Counted from the stretch's first letter, positions 37,610-48,276 are shown. The stretch is 64,000 bases of DNA from an uncultured Rhodothermales bacterium (GCA_965651265.1 CBFGRV010000003.1:30472-94471), one strand, 5' to 3'. Notes: generated by a model not told the origin, from the sequence alone. Made by a program: numbers and translations.

Positions 37610-38974
37610 ATGACATCCAATCACCGCCATCCGGCCGCCAGTATGCCGCTGCTTGTTGCTTTCCGTCTCTTTGGAACTCTCTTCGCACTCGTCTTCTGCC
37701 TGCTCGCCTCTCCCGCTCTTGCGCAATCGTGGGAGGAGCTTCCCATCGAGCAGTCGCTGCGCTTCAACGACATATACTTCATCTCTCCCGACACAGGATG
37801 GGCCGTGAACGGATCGGCTTACATCTACCGGACGGTGGATGGCGGGCAAAGCTGGCAGCTCAAATTTTACCGTGACGACACCCACCTCCGCTCCGTCGGC
37901 TTCCTGAACGCTAGTCGCGGATTCGCGGGGAACGTGGGCGAAGGCGAGTTCGGGACGACGAACCCGGTGCCCCTCTACGAGTCGTCGAACGGCGGCTCGG
38001 CGTGGTCTGCGGTTACGGAGTTCGATGGCCCCACGCCGGCAGGGCTTTGCGGCATGCACGTGGTGAATGATAGCACCGTCGTGGCGGTCGGACGCGTGCG
38101 CGGCCCCGCTTATTTCATCCGCACGACGGACGGCGGCGAAACCTGGCAGTCGAAAGACATGAGCGAATACGCCGCCGGGCTAATCGATGTGTATTTCCCG
38201 CATCCGGATACCGGCTTCGCCGTCGGACTTACGAACTCCGTTCATTCGTCCTCAAGCGGGATCGTGATAGCTACCGTGGACGGCGGGGAGACCTGGGAGA
38301 CGCGCTTCGTAAGCACGCGTACGGGCGAGTGGTTTTGGAAGATGTCGTGGCCGTCGCGCCGCACAGGGTTCGCATCCATCCAGCGCAATGGAGGGGGCCC
38401 GATCTACATCGCCAAGACCTCGGACGGTGGCCTCACCTGGGAGGAGAAGTATTTCCGATCCAATTACTTCGTTCAGGGGATCGGTTTCATTGACGAGAAC
38501 ACGGGCTGGGTCGGAGGCAACACGCAAGAGCCGGCCTACATGACCACGGACGGCGGCACCACCTGGACCGCCGCAGACATCGGCCCGCGGCTCAATCGCT
38601 TTCGATTCTTGAGCGATACGCTTGGCTATGCAGCCGGCGCGGCCGTATACAAATTCGTCCGGCCGGCTGCCACGTCGGCACCCCGTCCCGAGCTGCACAC
38701 GCTTTCAGTTGATCCCATCTACCCGAACCCGTTTACCGAGGAAGCACACATCGGATATCGATTGGATGGACCGTCTCCGGTCAGCATCCGCGTCTACGAC
38801 GCTCTCGGCCGCACCGTGCGCGGGTACGAGCTCGGTATGCAGCCGCCCGGATACCACGGGTTGACCTGGGACGGTAACGATCATGTCGGCCGGACAGTCG
38901 CTCCTGGCTCGTATTTCATTGTTTTGCGGGTCGGAGATGTGGTCCACACCCGCCCCGTCGTTTTTCTGAGGTAG
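37610..38974 (+). CDS. YCF48/BNR-repeat beta-propeller with T9SS/FlgD-type C-terminal domain
   Basis: Repeated T.DGG.(T/S)W Asp-boxes; YPNPF...VYDALGRTVR...WDG...G.Y tail. Confidence 0.85.
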   Translation: MTSNHRHPAASMPLLVAFRLFGTLFALVFCLLASPALAQSWEELPIEQSLRFNDIYFISPDTGWAVNGSAYIYRTVDGGQSWQLKFYRDDTHLRSVGFLNASRGFAGNVGEGEFGTTNPVPLYESSNGGSAWSAVTEFDGPTPAGLCGMHVVNDSTVVAVGRVRGPAYFIRTTDGGETWQSKDMSEYAAGLIDVYFPHPDTGFAVGLTNSVHSSSSGIVIATVDGGETWETRFVSTRTGEWFWKMSWPSRRTGFASIQRNGGGPIYIAKTSDGGLTWEEKYFRSNYFVQGIGFIDENTGWVGGNTQEPAYMTTDGGTTWTAADIGPRLNRFRFLSDTLGYAAGAAVYKFVRPAATSAPRPELHTLSVDPIYPNPFTEEAHIGYRLDGPSPVSIRVYDALGRTVRGYELGMQPPGYHGLTWDGNDHVGRTVAPGSYFIVLRVGDVVHTRPVVFLR

Positions 38975-39056
38975 CGACGGCTCGAGCACATTGTATCCAT
39001 GATCTGCCTCTTGTATCATGGACGCTCATAGTTCTTCCACCAACCTTCACAATGTT

Positions 39057-40997
39057 ATGCACAGAGTTACGACGTTCGTGATCGCGAGTTTTCTCGTGAC
39101 GACAGTAGCCGTCGGGCAGAAGATCGACTACGTCTACCGCGCGCCGCTATCCTCCGAGCCTGGAATGCCGTACGAGGACGAGATGGTGGGCGGCCAGTTC
39201 AGTGGTCCGCTGTCCGTCAACGGTCCCTTCGACCTCGACGGTGACGGGAAGATCGAAGTCCTTCTGACCGACTACTCCGGCGGCCAGCGGGTTCATGTAT
39301 TCGAAGTTCAGGGTCCGGACCAATGGGAGCTCGTCTACTCCACCCCGTACCACGCGGTGACGAGTGTCGGCACGCGTGGAGCCCGGCACGCAACGGGCGG
39401 GGACCTGGATGGGGATGGCTTCGGAGAGATCATATTCATCAGCGGGCAGAACTGGGATGAATCCGAGGAGCATCCCCTTCCCGACCGTGGAACCGGAATC
39501 TTCATTTACGAGCACACGGGTCAAGACAATGACTTCGGCGACGCGCCCGCGGAAGTCTTCGGCGCAGATGCGTTCACCGAGCCCCTCCCGCCCTACATCA
39601 AATCCGACAACTTTAGTGTCGTGGATGTGGATGGAGACGGCGTCCAGGAACTTCTCTTCGCAAACGACGCATCAGCGGGCACCGATGAGTGGATGGTGCT
39701 CTCCATCAATGGTGACATCGGCACTGGATTCGCGACGATCGTCGAGGAGCTTCGGCTGAGCTCGAGTGCCAACGAGTTGGATCCCGTCAATCGGGGCGGC
39801 GGCAGCACCTACGCCATCAATGCGGCCGATCTCGACGGTGACGGCATGTTCGAGCTGTCCATGCACGCGTGGAACAACTTCGCCTTTACGAATGCCGCCG
39901 TGACGGGCGCCGACACCTATGTCTATCCCGAGGATGGGGCCGAGAACATCTTCCTGCAGGCTTCCGGAAACGACGACCTTTCCTGGTTCAACGGCGTGGT
40001 CGTAGACATCAATGGAGACGGCGACGACGAGATCTTTTACCCGCGCGAATACGGGTACCAGGACGAGGCGAACGGCAATATGTACGAGTACGTCAGCGTC
40101 CTCAACTATGAGGATGGCGAGGATGTGCTGCAGGTGACGACGGATCAGCTGATTCTCGATCTTGTGGGGCCGCTGTCGGCTTACGGCATCACTGCCGGTG
40201 ACGTGAACGGCGACGGCATTCCGGAGCTCATCGGCGCCGGCCGCGGCTACGACGGGCGTAACCTTACCGCCGGTGAGAAGCCGAAGTACCTGCGCATCGC
40301 AGAGTGGGTCGGCGGCGAAGGAGGTGACCCGGAAGATGCGTCCAACTACGTGATCCACGAGGTGGAGTTCGACATTACCGCCGATGACTCGCTCTTCAAC
40401 GTCGTCCATCGCGACTCCCTCGGCGAGATGACGACCTATTACGAGAACGCCGGCAACAGCGGCTCGTACCCGCCGGGAATGGCCGAGGAGCTCTCTCCCA
40501 CCCGCGTGGCCTTCCTGGGTGATGCCGATGGAGACGGGTTCACGGAGGTTGCCATCGCATTCTTCGGCATCAACGACACCCTCGACGTAATCGAGGAGGT
40601 CTGGAATGCGGATTCGCTCCAGTATTACCGGACCGTCGTGGACCAGATCGTGGTGGAGGAGCGGCCGATGATGCGCATCGTAGAGCTGAATGCAGTCCTC
40701 AATGTGGCTGCGGAGAATCCGGCCGGCGTCCCCGAGGGTTACGCACTCCATCAGAACTATCCGAACCCCTTCAACCCCTCCACACAGGTGGCCTTCGAGG
40801 TCCCGACAGCGGGGCAGATCCGCGTGGCCGTCTTCGACGTAACCGGTCGTCAGATCGCGGTGCTGTTCGAAGGACAGGCCTCCGCCGGACGGCACAACGT
40901 TCGTTTCGATGCTCACGGGCTGTCGAGCGGCGTGTACCTGATCCGGATGGAAACGCCTTACGGCACGTTGACGAGGAAGAGCGTTCTCATGAAGTGA
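39057..40997 (+). CDS. FG-GAP/VCBS-repeat secreted protein with T9SS CTD (paralog A)
   Basis: Signal peptide; about 7 D(L/V/I/A)(D/N)GDG repeats; QNYPNPFNP...LSSGVY tail. Confidence 0.85.
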   Translation: MHRVTTFVIASFLVTTVAVGQKIDYVYRAPLSSEPGMPYEDEMVGGQFSGPLSVNGPFDLDGDGKIEVLLTDYSGGQRVHVFEVQGPDQWELVYSTPYHAVTSVGTRGARHATGGDLDGDGFGEIIFISGQNWDESEEHPLPDRGTGIFIYEHTGQDNDFGDAPAEVFGADAFTEPLPPYIKSDNFSVVDVDGDGVQELLFANDASAGTDEWMVLSINGDIGTGFATIVEELRLSSSANELDPVNRGGGSTYAINAADLDGDGMFELSMHAWNNFAFTNAAVTGADTYVYPEDGAENIFLQASGNDDLSWFNGVVVDINGDGDDEIFYPREYGYQDEANGNMYEYVSVLNYEDGEDVLQVTTDQLILDLVGPLSAYGITAGDVNGDGIPELIGAGRGYDGRNLTAGEKPKYLRIAEWVGGEGGDPEDASNYVIHEVEFDITADDSLFNVVHRDSLGEMTTYYENAGNSGSYPPGMAEELSPTRVAFLGDADGDGFTEVAIAFFGINDTLDVIEEVWNADSLQYYRTVVDQIVVEERPMMRIVELNAVLNVAAENPAGVPEGYALHQNYPNPFNPSTQVAFEVPTAGQIRVAVFDVTGRQIAVLFEGQASAGRHNVRFDAHGLSSGVYLIRMETPYGTLTRKSVLMK

Positions 40998-41039
40998 TCG
41001 GGCGAACGCCGTCCAGGGCAAATTCTCCTTGAAATACCG

Positions 41040-41073
41040 GGGCCCCGTCTCCTCGCGAGTCGGGGCCCTTTTT
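41040..41073 (+). terminator. Rho-independent terminator
   Basis: GGGCCCCG/CGGGGCCC stem followed by TTTTT. Confidence 0.7.
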
Positions 41074-41216
41074 CTTGTAGCGCAAAGTGCCTTCTTGATG
41101 AGTGGCACTGCAAGATGCTAAGTCTTATACTTGCATCTCAGATTTACATCCCCATCTGACTATGTCGAAGTACATCCTGTGCTTCGAAGGGCATTCTTAA
41201 CCATCTAGTTGGCCTT

Positions 41217-43139
41217 ATGCGGTACGCTACCATTTTATCCCTGGCGGTAACGTTTCTCTTCGCGGGAAGCGCTTTCGCCCAAACACTTGAGCTAGAATAC
41301 GTTTTTAGCCCGGAAGGCACGGAGCTTTCCGATGCGTTTGCTCCCGGAGTGCAGAACGGGGCGCGAGGTTTGTCCGGTCCCTTCGACCTCGATGGCGATG
41401 GTAACATCGAAATCCTGGTCGCCCAGCACAACGGCGCCGGTGGCATGATCCATGTTATCGAGAACCAGGGCGTCGACAACTGGGTCCACGTCTACTCGAC
41501 GGCACTCATCGACTCGACCAACAACTCGAACAACGCACGTTACGCCACGGGCGGCGACCTCGATGGCGACGGCCTCGGCGAGATTATCTACGTGGCCGGT
41601 GGTGGCTACAATACGGAGGCCGACCCGACGCTGACGGTGGGCGTGTACGTCTGGGAGTATGACGGCAATGGCGACGACCACTACGGTGTGTATCCAGCCG
41701 CGGTCGGCAACTTCCAGGATATTCAGGGGATCGGTCCGTCGGCCGTCCATGCCCAGCAAATCCGGGCCATGGACATTGACGGCGATGGCATTCAGGAGGT
41801 CATCTTCGCTGCCAACGGCGGGAATGACTTCGACTATTTCTACGTCATGTCAACCCCCGATGACCTCGAGACGGACGGCGCCGGATCTGGCTTCGTAACG
41901 TGGAACGTGGAGCTCGCCGTCAATCCGCGGTCAAACACCGCCATCTTCGGGGGCGGGAGCCCCATGGATGTCGTTCCGGCCGACCTCAACGGCGACGGCC
42001 TGATGGACCTGTCGTTCCACTCGTGGAACAACTTCAACTTCTTCAACGGTGTCGTCACGAGTGCCGATACGTACGTCATACCTGACGAAACCACGCAGAA
42101 TCCCTTCCTGCAAGCGGCCGCGGAAGACCACACCGGTCTGTTCGGAGGCCACGCCGTCGATATCGACGGGGACGGAACCGTTGAGGTCTTCTATCCTAAC
42201 TTCAATACGAGCAACCTGGCCGTCCTGAGCTACGCGCAGGATCAGGATGTGCTCTCCATCACTCCGGCTGAACTGGTCATCGACGTCGTCGAAGGTACGG
42301 GTTGGGGCGGCATCACCCACGGGGATGTGGACGGAGACGGTGCCCTCGAGCTCTGGATCGGAGGTAGCGGCCTGTCGCCGTCCGCGTACAACAACGGCGA
42401 GCCTTCTCGCTTCCTCAACCTGGTCGAATACCTGGGCGGAGATCCGACGGAATCGACCAGCTGGGAGCTCCATAAGCTCGACACCGGCAACGACCTCGAC
42501 ACGACCGGCTTCAACGTCGTCTATCGAGATTCGATGGGCGTGATGACGAAGTACTTCGAGGATGCGTACAGCCGTCAGGGGGTCATCGACACGACCGGGA
42601 ACGCCGCCGACCCGATCTTCCCGACGGGCGTCGTCAACCTCGGAGATGCGGACGGCGACGGTAGGGTCGAAGTGGCGATCTCCTTCCAGGGCGTTGACGA
42701 CAGCCTCGTGGTGTTCGACGAGGTCTGGAATGCAGATTCGCTGCGGTATGATCGGATGGTTCGCGAGATCGTTCCCGCGCCGGCACGTTCCTTCGTGCGG
42801 ATCTACCAGTTCCCGGCTGACTATGCGGTTGCGGTAGACAATGAGCCGGGCATTCCCGATGGCTTTAAACTCCACGCCAACTATCCGAATCCGTTCAACC
42901 CGTCGACCACGATCGGATTCACCATCCCACGCGATGCCGCGCTGACGGTGCGCGTCTACGATGCCACAGGCCGTATCGTGAATACGCTCATCAGTAATCA
43001 GCAGTACGCGGCAGGAAGGTACGAGGTGACGTGGAACGGCACGAACCTCTCCGGCCAGTCGGTCGCGAGCGGCACGTACTTCTATAGCCTTGAGTTCGAT
43101 GGTCGCAAGATCGTTCGGCCGATGGTGCTCGTGAAGTAA
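41217..43139 (+). CDS. FG-GAP/VCBS-repeat secreted protein with T9SS/FlgD CTD (paralog B)
   Basis: Signal peptide; DxDGDG repeats; ANYPNPFNP...VASGTYFY tail; collinear with paralog A. Confidence 0.85.
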   Translation: MRYATILSLAVTFLFAGSAFAQTLELEYVFSPEGTELSDAFAPGVQNGARGLSGPFDLDGDGNIEILVAQHNGAGGMIHVIENQGVDNWVHVYSTALIDSTNNSNNARYATGGDLDGDGLGEIIYVAGGGYNTEADPTLTVGVYVWEYDGNGDDHYGVYPAAVGNFQDIQGIGPSAVHAQQIRAMDIDGDGIQEVIFAANGGNDFDYFYVMSTPDDLETDGAGSGFVTWNVELAVNPRSNTAIFGGGSPMDVVPADLNGDGLMDLSFHSWNNFNFFNGVVTSADTYVIPDETTQNPFLQAAAEDHTGLFGGHAVDIDGDGTVEVFYPNFNTSNLAVLSYAQDQDVLSITPAELVIDVVEGTGWGGITHGDVDGDGALELWIGGSGLSPSAYNNGEPSRFLNLVEYLGGDPTESTSWELHKLDTGNDLDTTGFNVVYRDSMGVMTKYFEDAYSRQGVIDTTGNAADPIFPTGVVNLGDADGDGRVEVAISFQGVDDSLVVFDEVWNADSLRYDRMVREIVPAPARSFVRIYQFPADYAVAVDNEPGIPDGFKLHANYPNPFNPSTTIGFTIPRDAALTVRVYDATGRIVNTLISNQQYAAGRYEVTWNGTNLSGQSVASGTYFYSLEFDGRKIVRPMVLVK

Positions 43140-43187
43140 ATCCGGTCACCTGGAGCGATCCAGGCTCGCGACAGACGAGAGAGACTT

Positions 43188-43223
43188 CAAGAGCCCGTCG
43201 CCCTCCGTGGCGGCGGGCTCTTG
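43188..43223 (+). terminator. Terminator-like hairpin
   Basis: CAAGAGCCCGTCGCC/GGCGGCGGGCTCTTG 15-bp stem with one G-U pair; weak U tail. Confidence 0.6.
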
Positions 43224-43344
43224 TCGTTGATGGCCTCTTGAGTTGCGCATTTGCGCATACGGGGGTTAGCCGCTTATTCTTGTAACCGGCGACAGAACGG
43301 CAGTGCACCATCGCTCCAGTCAAAGACCACAAACGGAGGCACCC

Positions 43345-45045
43345 ATGGAACAAACCGCTACGAAACGCCAGGCATTCATCTTCACCCTACTGGCGGCCGG
43401 CCTTTTTATCGTCGGCATCACGCCGCGCGCAGCCGAGGCCGACGTCTTCGCGTCGCAGATCAAGGTCACCAACCCCGACGAGAGCGAATTCGACCAGGAT
43501 TTCTCCGACGGCACCGGTGCACTCATCTCTTTCATCCTCAACGACAATGCATCCAGCGTCGTGGTCGAGATCCGTGAGGACGGTACCGAGAACGTCGTGG
43601 CGACCCTCGACCTCGGTGCACAGTCGATGGGTCGGGTCGAGGTCGAGTGGGATGGCGAGGGCGCCGTGGCCGGCACCACCTACGTTGTAGACGTGACCGC
43701 CACGCAGGACACGTATTCCACGGAGAACTGGACCGTCTATTTCGACTCCGGCGACATCAACATTTTTTCGCGCGGCGGCGACCCGGTCACCGACATGACG
43801 TCGCCCTTCTTTGGGCTCATTTTTATCCCGAATTCGGGGGGCCCATTGGGAAAAGGCATCACGATCTACAATGCGGATGGCTCACAGTACGAGCCGTTTC
43901 TCGTTGCCGCGGATCTGAGCAGCGGCGGCGAGATCGACTGGGGCAACAGCAGCGATTCGATCTTCGGAGGCGTTCTGGATGACGAGGAGCGCTTCTACGT
44001 CTCCGCGGTCACCCACGGCGAAGTGCGCCGGCTCAACAATGACTTCTCGCTGACCACGGTTGTCGAAGGCCTCCTCAATCCGAAGGGACTCTTCATCCAG
44101 GGAACGGGCGAGGATCGCGTGCTCTACATCGCCGACGACTCGCTCGTTGTCCGCGCCGCCATCGGCACGGAGGACGTTTTCACCGGCGAAGTGGAAGTGG
44201 TCGGTCAGTTTTCGGAAGGCTTCCCGCGCAACATCGCGCTCGATGACGACGGCAATCTCTACGTTTCCTTCCGGGAATCCAATGAGCTAGCCTCCACCCC
44301 GGTCAGCCTCGGTAAGTTTGACATCTCCGGCGATCTTCCCGTCGAAGATGCGGACAATGTCTGGTCGATCGGGGCCGACGCCACATTTCAGATTGCATCG
44401 CTCGAAATCGATCGGGGGCAGAATCTCGAGAGTGCCGAAGACGACATCCTCTACTTTGCGACGCGCGCCGGCGCCGATTCCGACGCAGACGGCATCTGGA
44501 TGGTCGACGATCTGGATGCATTCTTCCCGACGGTGAGCCAGGTCGTCAACGAGCTCGACCTCTACCCCGACCAGAGTTGGAATATCAACGACCGGGCCGT
44601 GGTGCGGCTCGATGCGGCGGGCAACTTCATTCTCCTCGAGAACTCGAATGAACACCTGTTCTTCGCGAGCCCGCCGGGTGCGGAGGCGACGAACAGCTTC
44701 ACCACGACATCCGCCACCACCTTCATGGTCAATGACATCGTGGCCATTGGGGATGACGAGCTGCCGTCCGCGTACCGTCTCGATCAGAACTATCCGAATC
44801 CCTTCAATCCAACGACGACGATCGAGTTTTCGCTTGGCCGCGCCGACTACACGACCGTCAAAGTGTTTGACACGCTGGGTCGCGAGGTTCGGACGCTCGT
44901 CGCCGCACAGACACCGGCCGGCACACATCGCGTCGAGTGGAATGGACTCGATCAGACCGGGCGCGCCGTCAGCAGCGGGGTCTACATCTTACAGGTCGTA
45001 TCCGGGTCGTTCCGTGACTCCATCACGATGACCCTTGCGAAGTGA
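43345..45045 (+). CDS. Secreted acidic beta-propeller protein with N-terminal Ig-like domain and T9SS CTD
   Basis: GGAGG RBS; signal peptide; NPKGL and PRNIALDDDGNLYV propeller motifs; QNYPNPFNP tail. Confidence 0.8.
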   Translation: MEQTATKRQAFIFTLLAAGLFIVGITPRAAEADVFASQIKVTNPDESEFDQDFSDGTGALISFILNDNASSVVVEIREDGTENVVATLDLGAQSMGRVEVEWDGEGAVAGTTYVVDVTATQDTYSTENWTVYFDSGDINIFSRGGDPVTDMTSPFFGLIFIPNSGGPLGKGITIYNADGSQYEPFLVAADLSSGGEIDWGNSSDSIFGGVLDDEERFYVSAVTHGEVRRLNNDFSLTTVVEGLLNPKGLFIQGTGEDRVLYIADDSLVVRAAIGTEDVFTGEVEVVGQFSEGFPRNIALDDDGNLYVSFRESNELASTPVSLGKFDISGDLPVEDADNVWSIGADATFQIASLEIDRGQNLESAEDDILYFATRAGADSDADGIWMVDDLDAFFPTVSQVVNELDLYPDQSWNINDRAVVRLDAAGNFILLENSNEHLFFASPPGAEATNSFTTTSATTFMVNDIVAIGDDELPSAYRLDQNYPNPFNPTTTIEFSLGRADYTTVKVFDTLGREVRTLVAAQTPAGTHRVEWNGLDQTGRAVSSGVYILQVVSGSFRDSITMTLAK

Positions 45046-45078
45046 GGTACGTCTGAGGTCTGTTTCGAGCCTGGCCAT

Positions 45079-45111
45079 AGGCCCGTCGCTTCCCCTGGCG
45101 GCGGGCCTTTT
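45079..45111 (+). terminator. Rho-independent terminator
   Basis: AGGCCCGTCGC/GCGGCGGGCCT stem followed by T run. Confidence 0.7.
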
Positions 45112-45284
45112 CATTGCGGAATCACATCGAAGAGGCGCGGGCCATGCCGTTTGGCCTGCAATAGAAGTTCGCAGGATATATCTTTGGCATTCTTATTTAA
45201 ACTCGTCGGGGATAGTAGGCATCCATGCCGTCGCCCCAGAGTCTCCTCCGACTCCTCTAGTACGACCTTCCCACTCCTTTACGC

Positions 45285-48188
45285 ATGCACGTAGCTACAC
45301 CAACTGCGAACAACGTCGCGATCTCACGCTTCTGGCTGCGGTCCTTTTTGTTGTTTGTCGCCCTGCTATCGTTACCCGCCGCCTCCTATGCCCAGGGGAA
45401 GATCGCCGGCAATGTAACCGATAGAAGCACCGGCGATCCGCTCATCGGCGTGAACGTCGTGATCCAGGGTACGACTCAGGGTACGACCACGGACATCGAC
45501 GGCAACTACATCATCCTCAATGTCCGCCCGGGCGCGCATACCCTCGTGTTCTCCTACATCGGATTCAGCACGCAGGTGGTGGAAGATGTGCGCGTGTCGA
45601 GCGATCACACTACGACGATCGATGTGGCGATGAGCGAGGAGGTCATCGAAGGGCAGGAAATCATTGTTCAGGCCGAGCGCCCCCTCATCCAGAAGGACCT
45701 CACCGCGTCGAAGAAGACCTTTGTCGCCGAAGAAATCGATCAGCTTCCCGTCGAGGGTTTCTTCGGCGTGCTGGCCACACAGGCGGGTGTCACGCAGGGA
45801 GCCGACGGTGCCTTCCACATCCGCGGAGGACGATCCAATGAGATCGGGTATCTGGTGGATGGGATGTCGGTGGGAAATCCGTTCAACACGAACACACTCG
45901 CCACCGAGGTAGCCGCGGATGCCATTCAGGAGATGACCGTCATCTCCGGCGCCTTCAACGCGGAGTACGGCAAGGCGATGTCGGGGATCGTGAACCTCAT
46001 TACGAAGGAAGGCGGCACGGAATACGCCGGCTCCATCTCCTTCGAAGCGGGCGACAACCTGGCCGGCGGTTCAGACATTTTCGGCGTCGGCGACTTCGAC
46101 TACATGAAGGACGTTTCGATGAACATGTACACGCTCGAGGGTACCCTCAGCGGTCCGCTGCTCACCGACAAACTTCGATTCTTCGTTTCCGGCCGTCGCG
46201 ATGTCGACGACGGCCACATTTACGGGATGCGGCGATTTCTCCCTTCCGACTCCGCCAACTTCAATGCAGACCTGGATCGGCTTGCCCTCATCCAACAACA
46301 CATCCCCGGTTTCGACGGCCCGAACTGGTATTACGAGATGCACGGCAAGCCGTGGTACGAGTACGTATCCGAGGGAATTGCTCCGCCCTCTGAGATCGTC
46401 TCGATGAATCCGCGCGAGAGCTTCAACATCATCGGGAAAATCACCTTCCGTCCCTGGGCGGGCGCAAAGATCGAGTACAGCCACTTGCAGGACGGATCGA
46501 AGCGGACGCCGTTCAGCTTCTCCTACCGGTTCAATCCTGACGGCGTGGCACCGGTACGGGACCGAAGTTACAACCACGGACTGCACTGGACACATACGCT
46601 GAACGACCGCTCTTTCTATACGGCGCGATTCTCCTATGCGGTCAGCAAGTTCAGACAGTACCTGTACGAGAATCCGCTGGACGAAAGGTACGTGGTCGAC
46701 AGAAGTACCACGGGCAACGGCAACGTTCTGGGGTTTCCCGGCAACAACTTTCTCTTCGCCGGCAACCAGAAGACGCACGTCTATGAGGACGCCTACTCCT
46801 TCCGTGGGAAGATCGATTTCACGCGCCAGATCGGGATGATCCACGAGGCGAAGGCGGGCATCGACCTCGAAATTCATGAGCTCGAGCGCGAAAACTTCGT
46901 GGTGCTCTACGACGGTAATCGGTACCGCCGGCCGACGGTCGAAAGCATCGACAACCCCTCTCGCGACAAATACGGTTGCACTCAGTTCATCGACGTACCG
47001 GGCGCCTATGACGGGTACACGTGCCGGGAGCAACGGGCCTACCATTTCGCCGCCTATGCACAGGATAAGCTGGAGTTCGAGGATTTCATCATCAATGCCG
47101 GCGTGCGCGTCGAGCATTTCGTCCCAAATGGGCGGTACATCCCCGACTTTTTGAACCCGCTGGATGAGACCCGCGAAAACGTCGTCACCGCGGAAGCGAG
47201 CCCGGAGACCATCGTGCTGCCGCGAATCGGCGTATCGTTCCCGATCACGGCACGAGGCATCATCCACTTCTCGTACGGGCACTTCGCTCAGATGCCGGAG
47301 CTCCGCACGATGTATCTCAATCCTGAGTTCGAGTACCCGGCAGATGTTGCGCCGACGTTCGGGAATGCCAACCTGAGGCCGGAGAAGACGATTTCGTACG
47401 AGATCGGCCTGCAGCAGCAGCTCACCGAGACGATCGCCTTCGACGTGACGGGATACTTCAAGGACATTCGCGACTATCTCACGCGACAGCAGGTCCAGTA
47501 CAGTACGATCCCTGGCCAGAACATTTTCAACATCTACGTCAACCGCAACTTCGTCCACGTGAAGGGCGTGACGTTTGCTCTGACGAAGCGGCGCTCTCGC
47601 GATGGGCTCGTGTCCGCCAATATCGACTACACGTACCAGATCGCCGAGGGAGAGAACGACGATCCCAGCGCGGCTTTCTTCAACTTCCTCTCCGGGCGTG
47701 AGAACGAGCTGGAGGTTATTCCTACGGACTTCGACCAGCGGCATGTCGTGTCCTCGGTCGTTACGGTATCGCGGCCGCAGGACTGGGGCATCTCGCTGAT
47801 CGGCAGATTCTCGACGGGCTATCCGTACTCCCCACTTCTGCTCGATCAGAACATCGACGACCTCCCTCGGAGCGGGCGCAAGCCGTCGCAAATCAAACTG
47901 GACGCGCATCTTTTCAAGACGATCGGGCTGGCCGGCGTGGACGCGCGACTCTTTGCGAAGGTCTACAACGTGCTGGACATCCGGAACGAGCTCTTCGTCT
48001 TTGACGAGACCGGCCGTGCGACCTACTCCCTCAGCCGGCGCCTGAACGCGCACGCGACCTGGGAACCCGCTTACGACGACATCGGAATCGTGCTGCCCGG
48101 CATTCCGACACTCGACGACTGGGACACCCGCCCCCACTACTTCTCCGCACCGAGAGAGGTGAAGGTGGGGATTATGTTGTCATTTTAG
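45285..48188 (+). CDS. TonB-dependent receptor (carboxypeptidase-regulatory-like N-domain + plug + barrel)
   Basis: GKIAGNVTD...GVNV, HIRGGRSNE...VDG, GAFNAEYG..MSGIVN..TKEG, HFSYGHF.Q and C-terminal PRxxxxGxxxxF. Confidence 0.92.
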   Translation: MHVATPTANNVAISRFWLRSFLLFVALLSLPAASYAQGKIAGNVTDRSTGDPLIGVNVVIQGTTQGTTTDIDGNYIILNVRPGAHTLVFSYIGFSTQVVEDVRVSSDHTTTIDVAMSEEVIEGQEIIVQAERPLIQKDLTASKKTFVAEEIDQLPVEGFFGVLATQAGVTQGADGAFHIRGGRSNEIGYLVDGMSVGNPFNTNTLATEVAADAIQEMTVISGAFNAEYGKAMSGIVNLITKEGGTEYAGSISFEAGDNLAGGSDIFGVGDFDYMKDVSMNMYTLEGTLSGPLLTDKLRFFVSGRRDVDDGHIYGMRRFLPSDSANFNADLDRLALIQQHIPGFDGPNWYYEMHGKPWYEYVSEGIAPPSEIVSMNPRESFNIIGKITFRPWAGAKIEYSHLQDGSKRTPFSFSYRFNPDGVAPVRDRSYNHGLHWTHTLNDRSFYTARFSYAVSKFRQYLYENPLDERYVVDRSTTGNGNVLGFPGNNFLFAGNQKTHVYEDAYSFRGKIDFTRQIGMIHEAKAGIDLEIHELERENFVVLYDGNRYRRPTVESIDNPSRDKYGCTQFIDVPGAYDGYTCREQRAYHFAAYAQDKLEFEDFIINAGVRVEHFVPNGRYIPDFLNPLDETRENVVTAEASPETIVLPRIGVSFPITARGIIHFSYGHFAQMPELRTMYLNPEFEYPADVAPTFGNANLRPEKTISYEIGLQQQLTETIAFDVTGYFKDIRDYLTRQQVQYSTIPGQNIFNIYVNRNFVHVKGVTFALTKRRSRDGLVSANIDYTYQIAEGENDDPSAAFFNFLSGRENELEVIPTDFDQRHVVSSVVTVSRPQDWGISLIGRFSTGYPYSPLLLDQNIDDLPRSGRKPSQIKLDAHLFKTIGLAGVDARLFAKVYNVLDIRNELFVFDETGRATYSLSRRLNAHATWEPAYDDIGIVLPGIPTLDDWDTRPHYFSAPREVKVGIMLSF

Positions 48189-48190
48189 AG

Positions 48191-48260
48191 AGAGGTCGGA
48201 GGTCAGAGGTCAGAGGTCGGACCTTGCTTTCAGACTTCTGACTTCCGACCTCTGAATTCT
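48191..48260. repeat. Intergenic heptamer (RGAGGTC) tandem repeats arranged as an inverted repeat
   Basis: AGAGGTC GGAGGTC AGAGGTC AGAGGTC (48191-48218) and GACTTCT GACTTCC GACCTCT GAATTCT (48233-48260). Confidence 0.85.
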
Positions 48261-48276
48261 GCCTGATACAGCTCTT

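Noticed and set aside
45150-45186. Bacteroidota-type -7 element TATCTTTG upstream of the TonB receptor
   Set aside because: The upstream TTTG is 25 nt away, longer than usual, and it is unclear that this consensus applies to this lineage.
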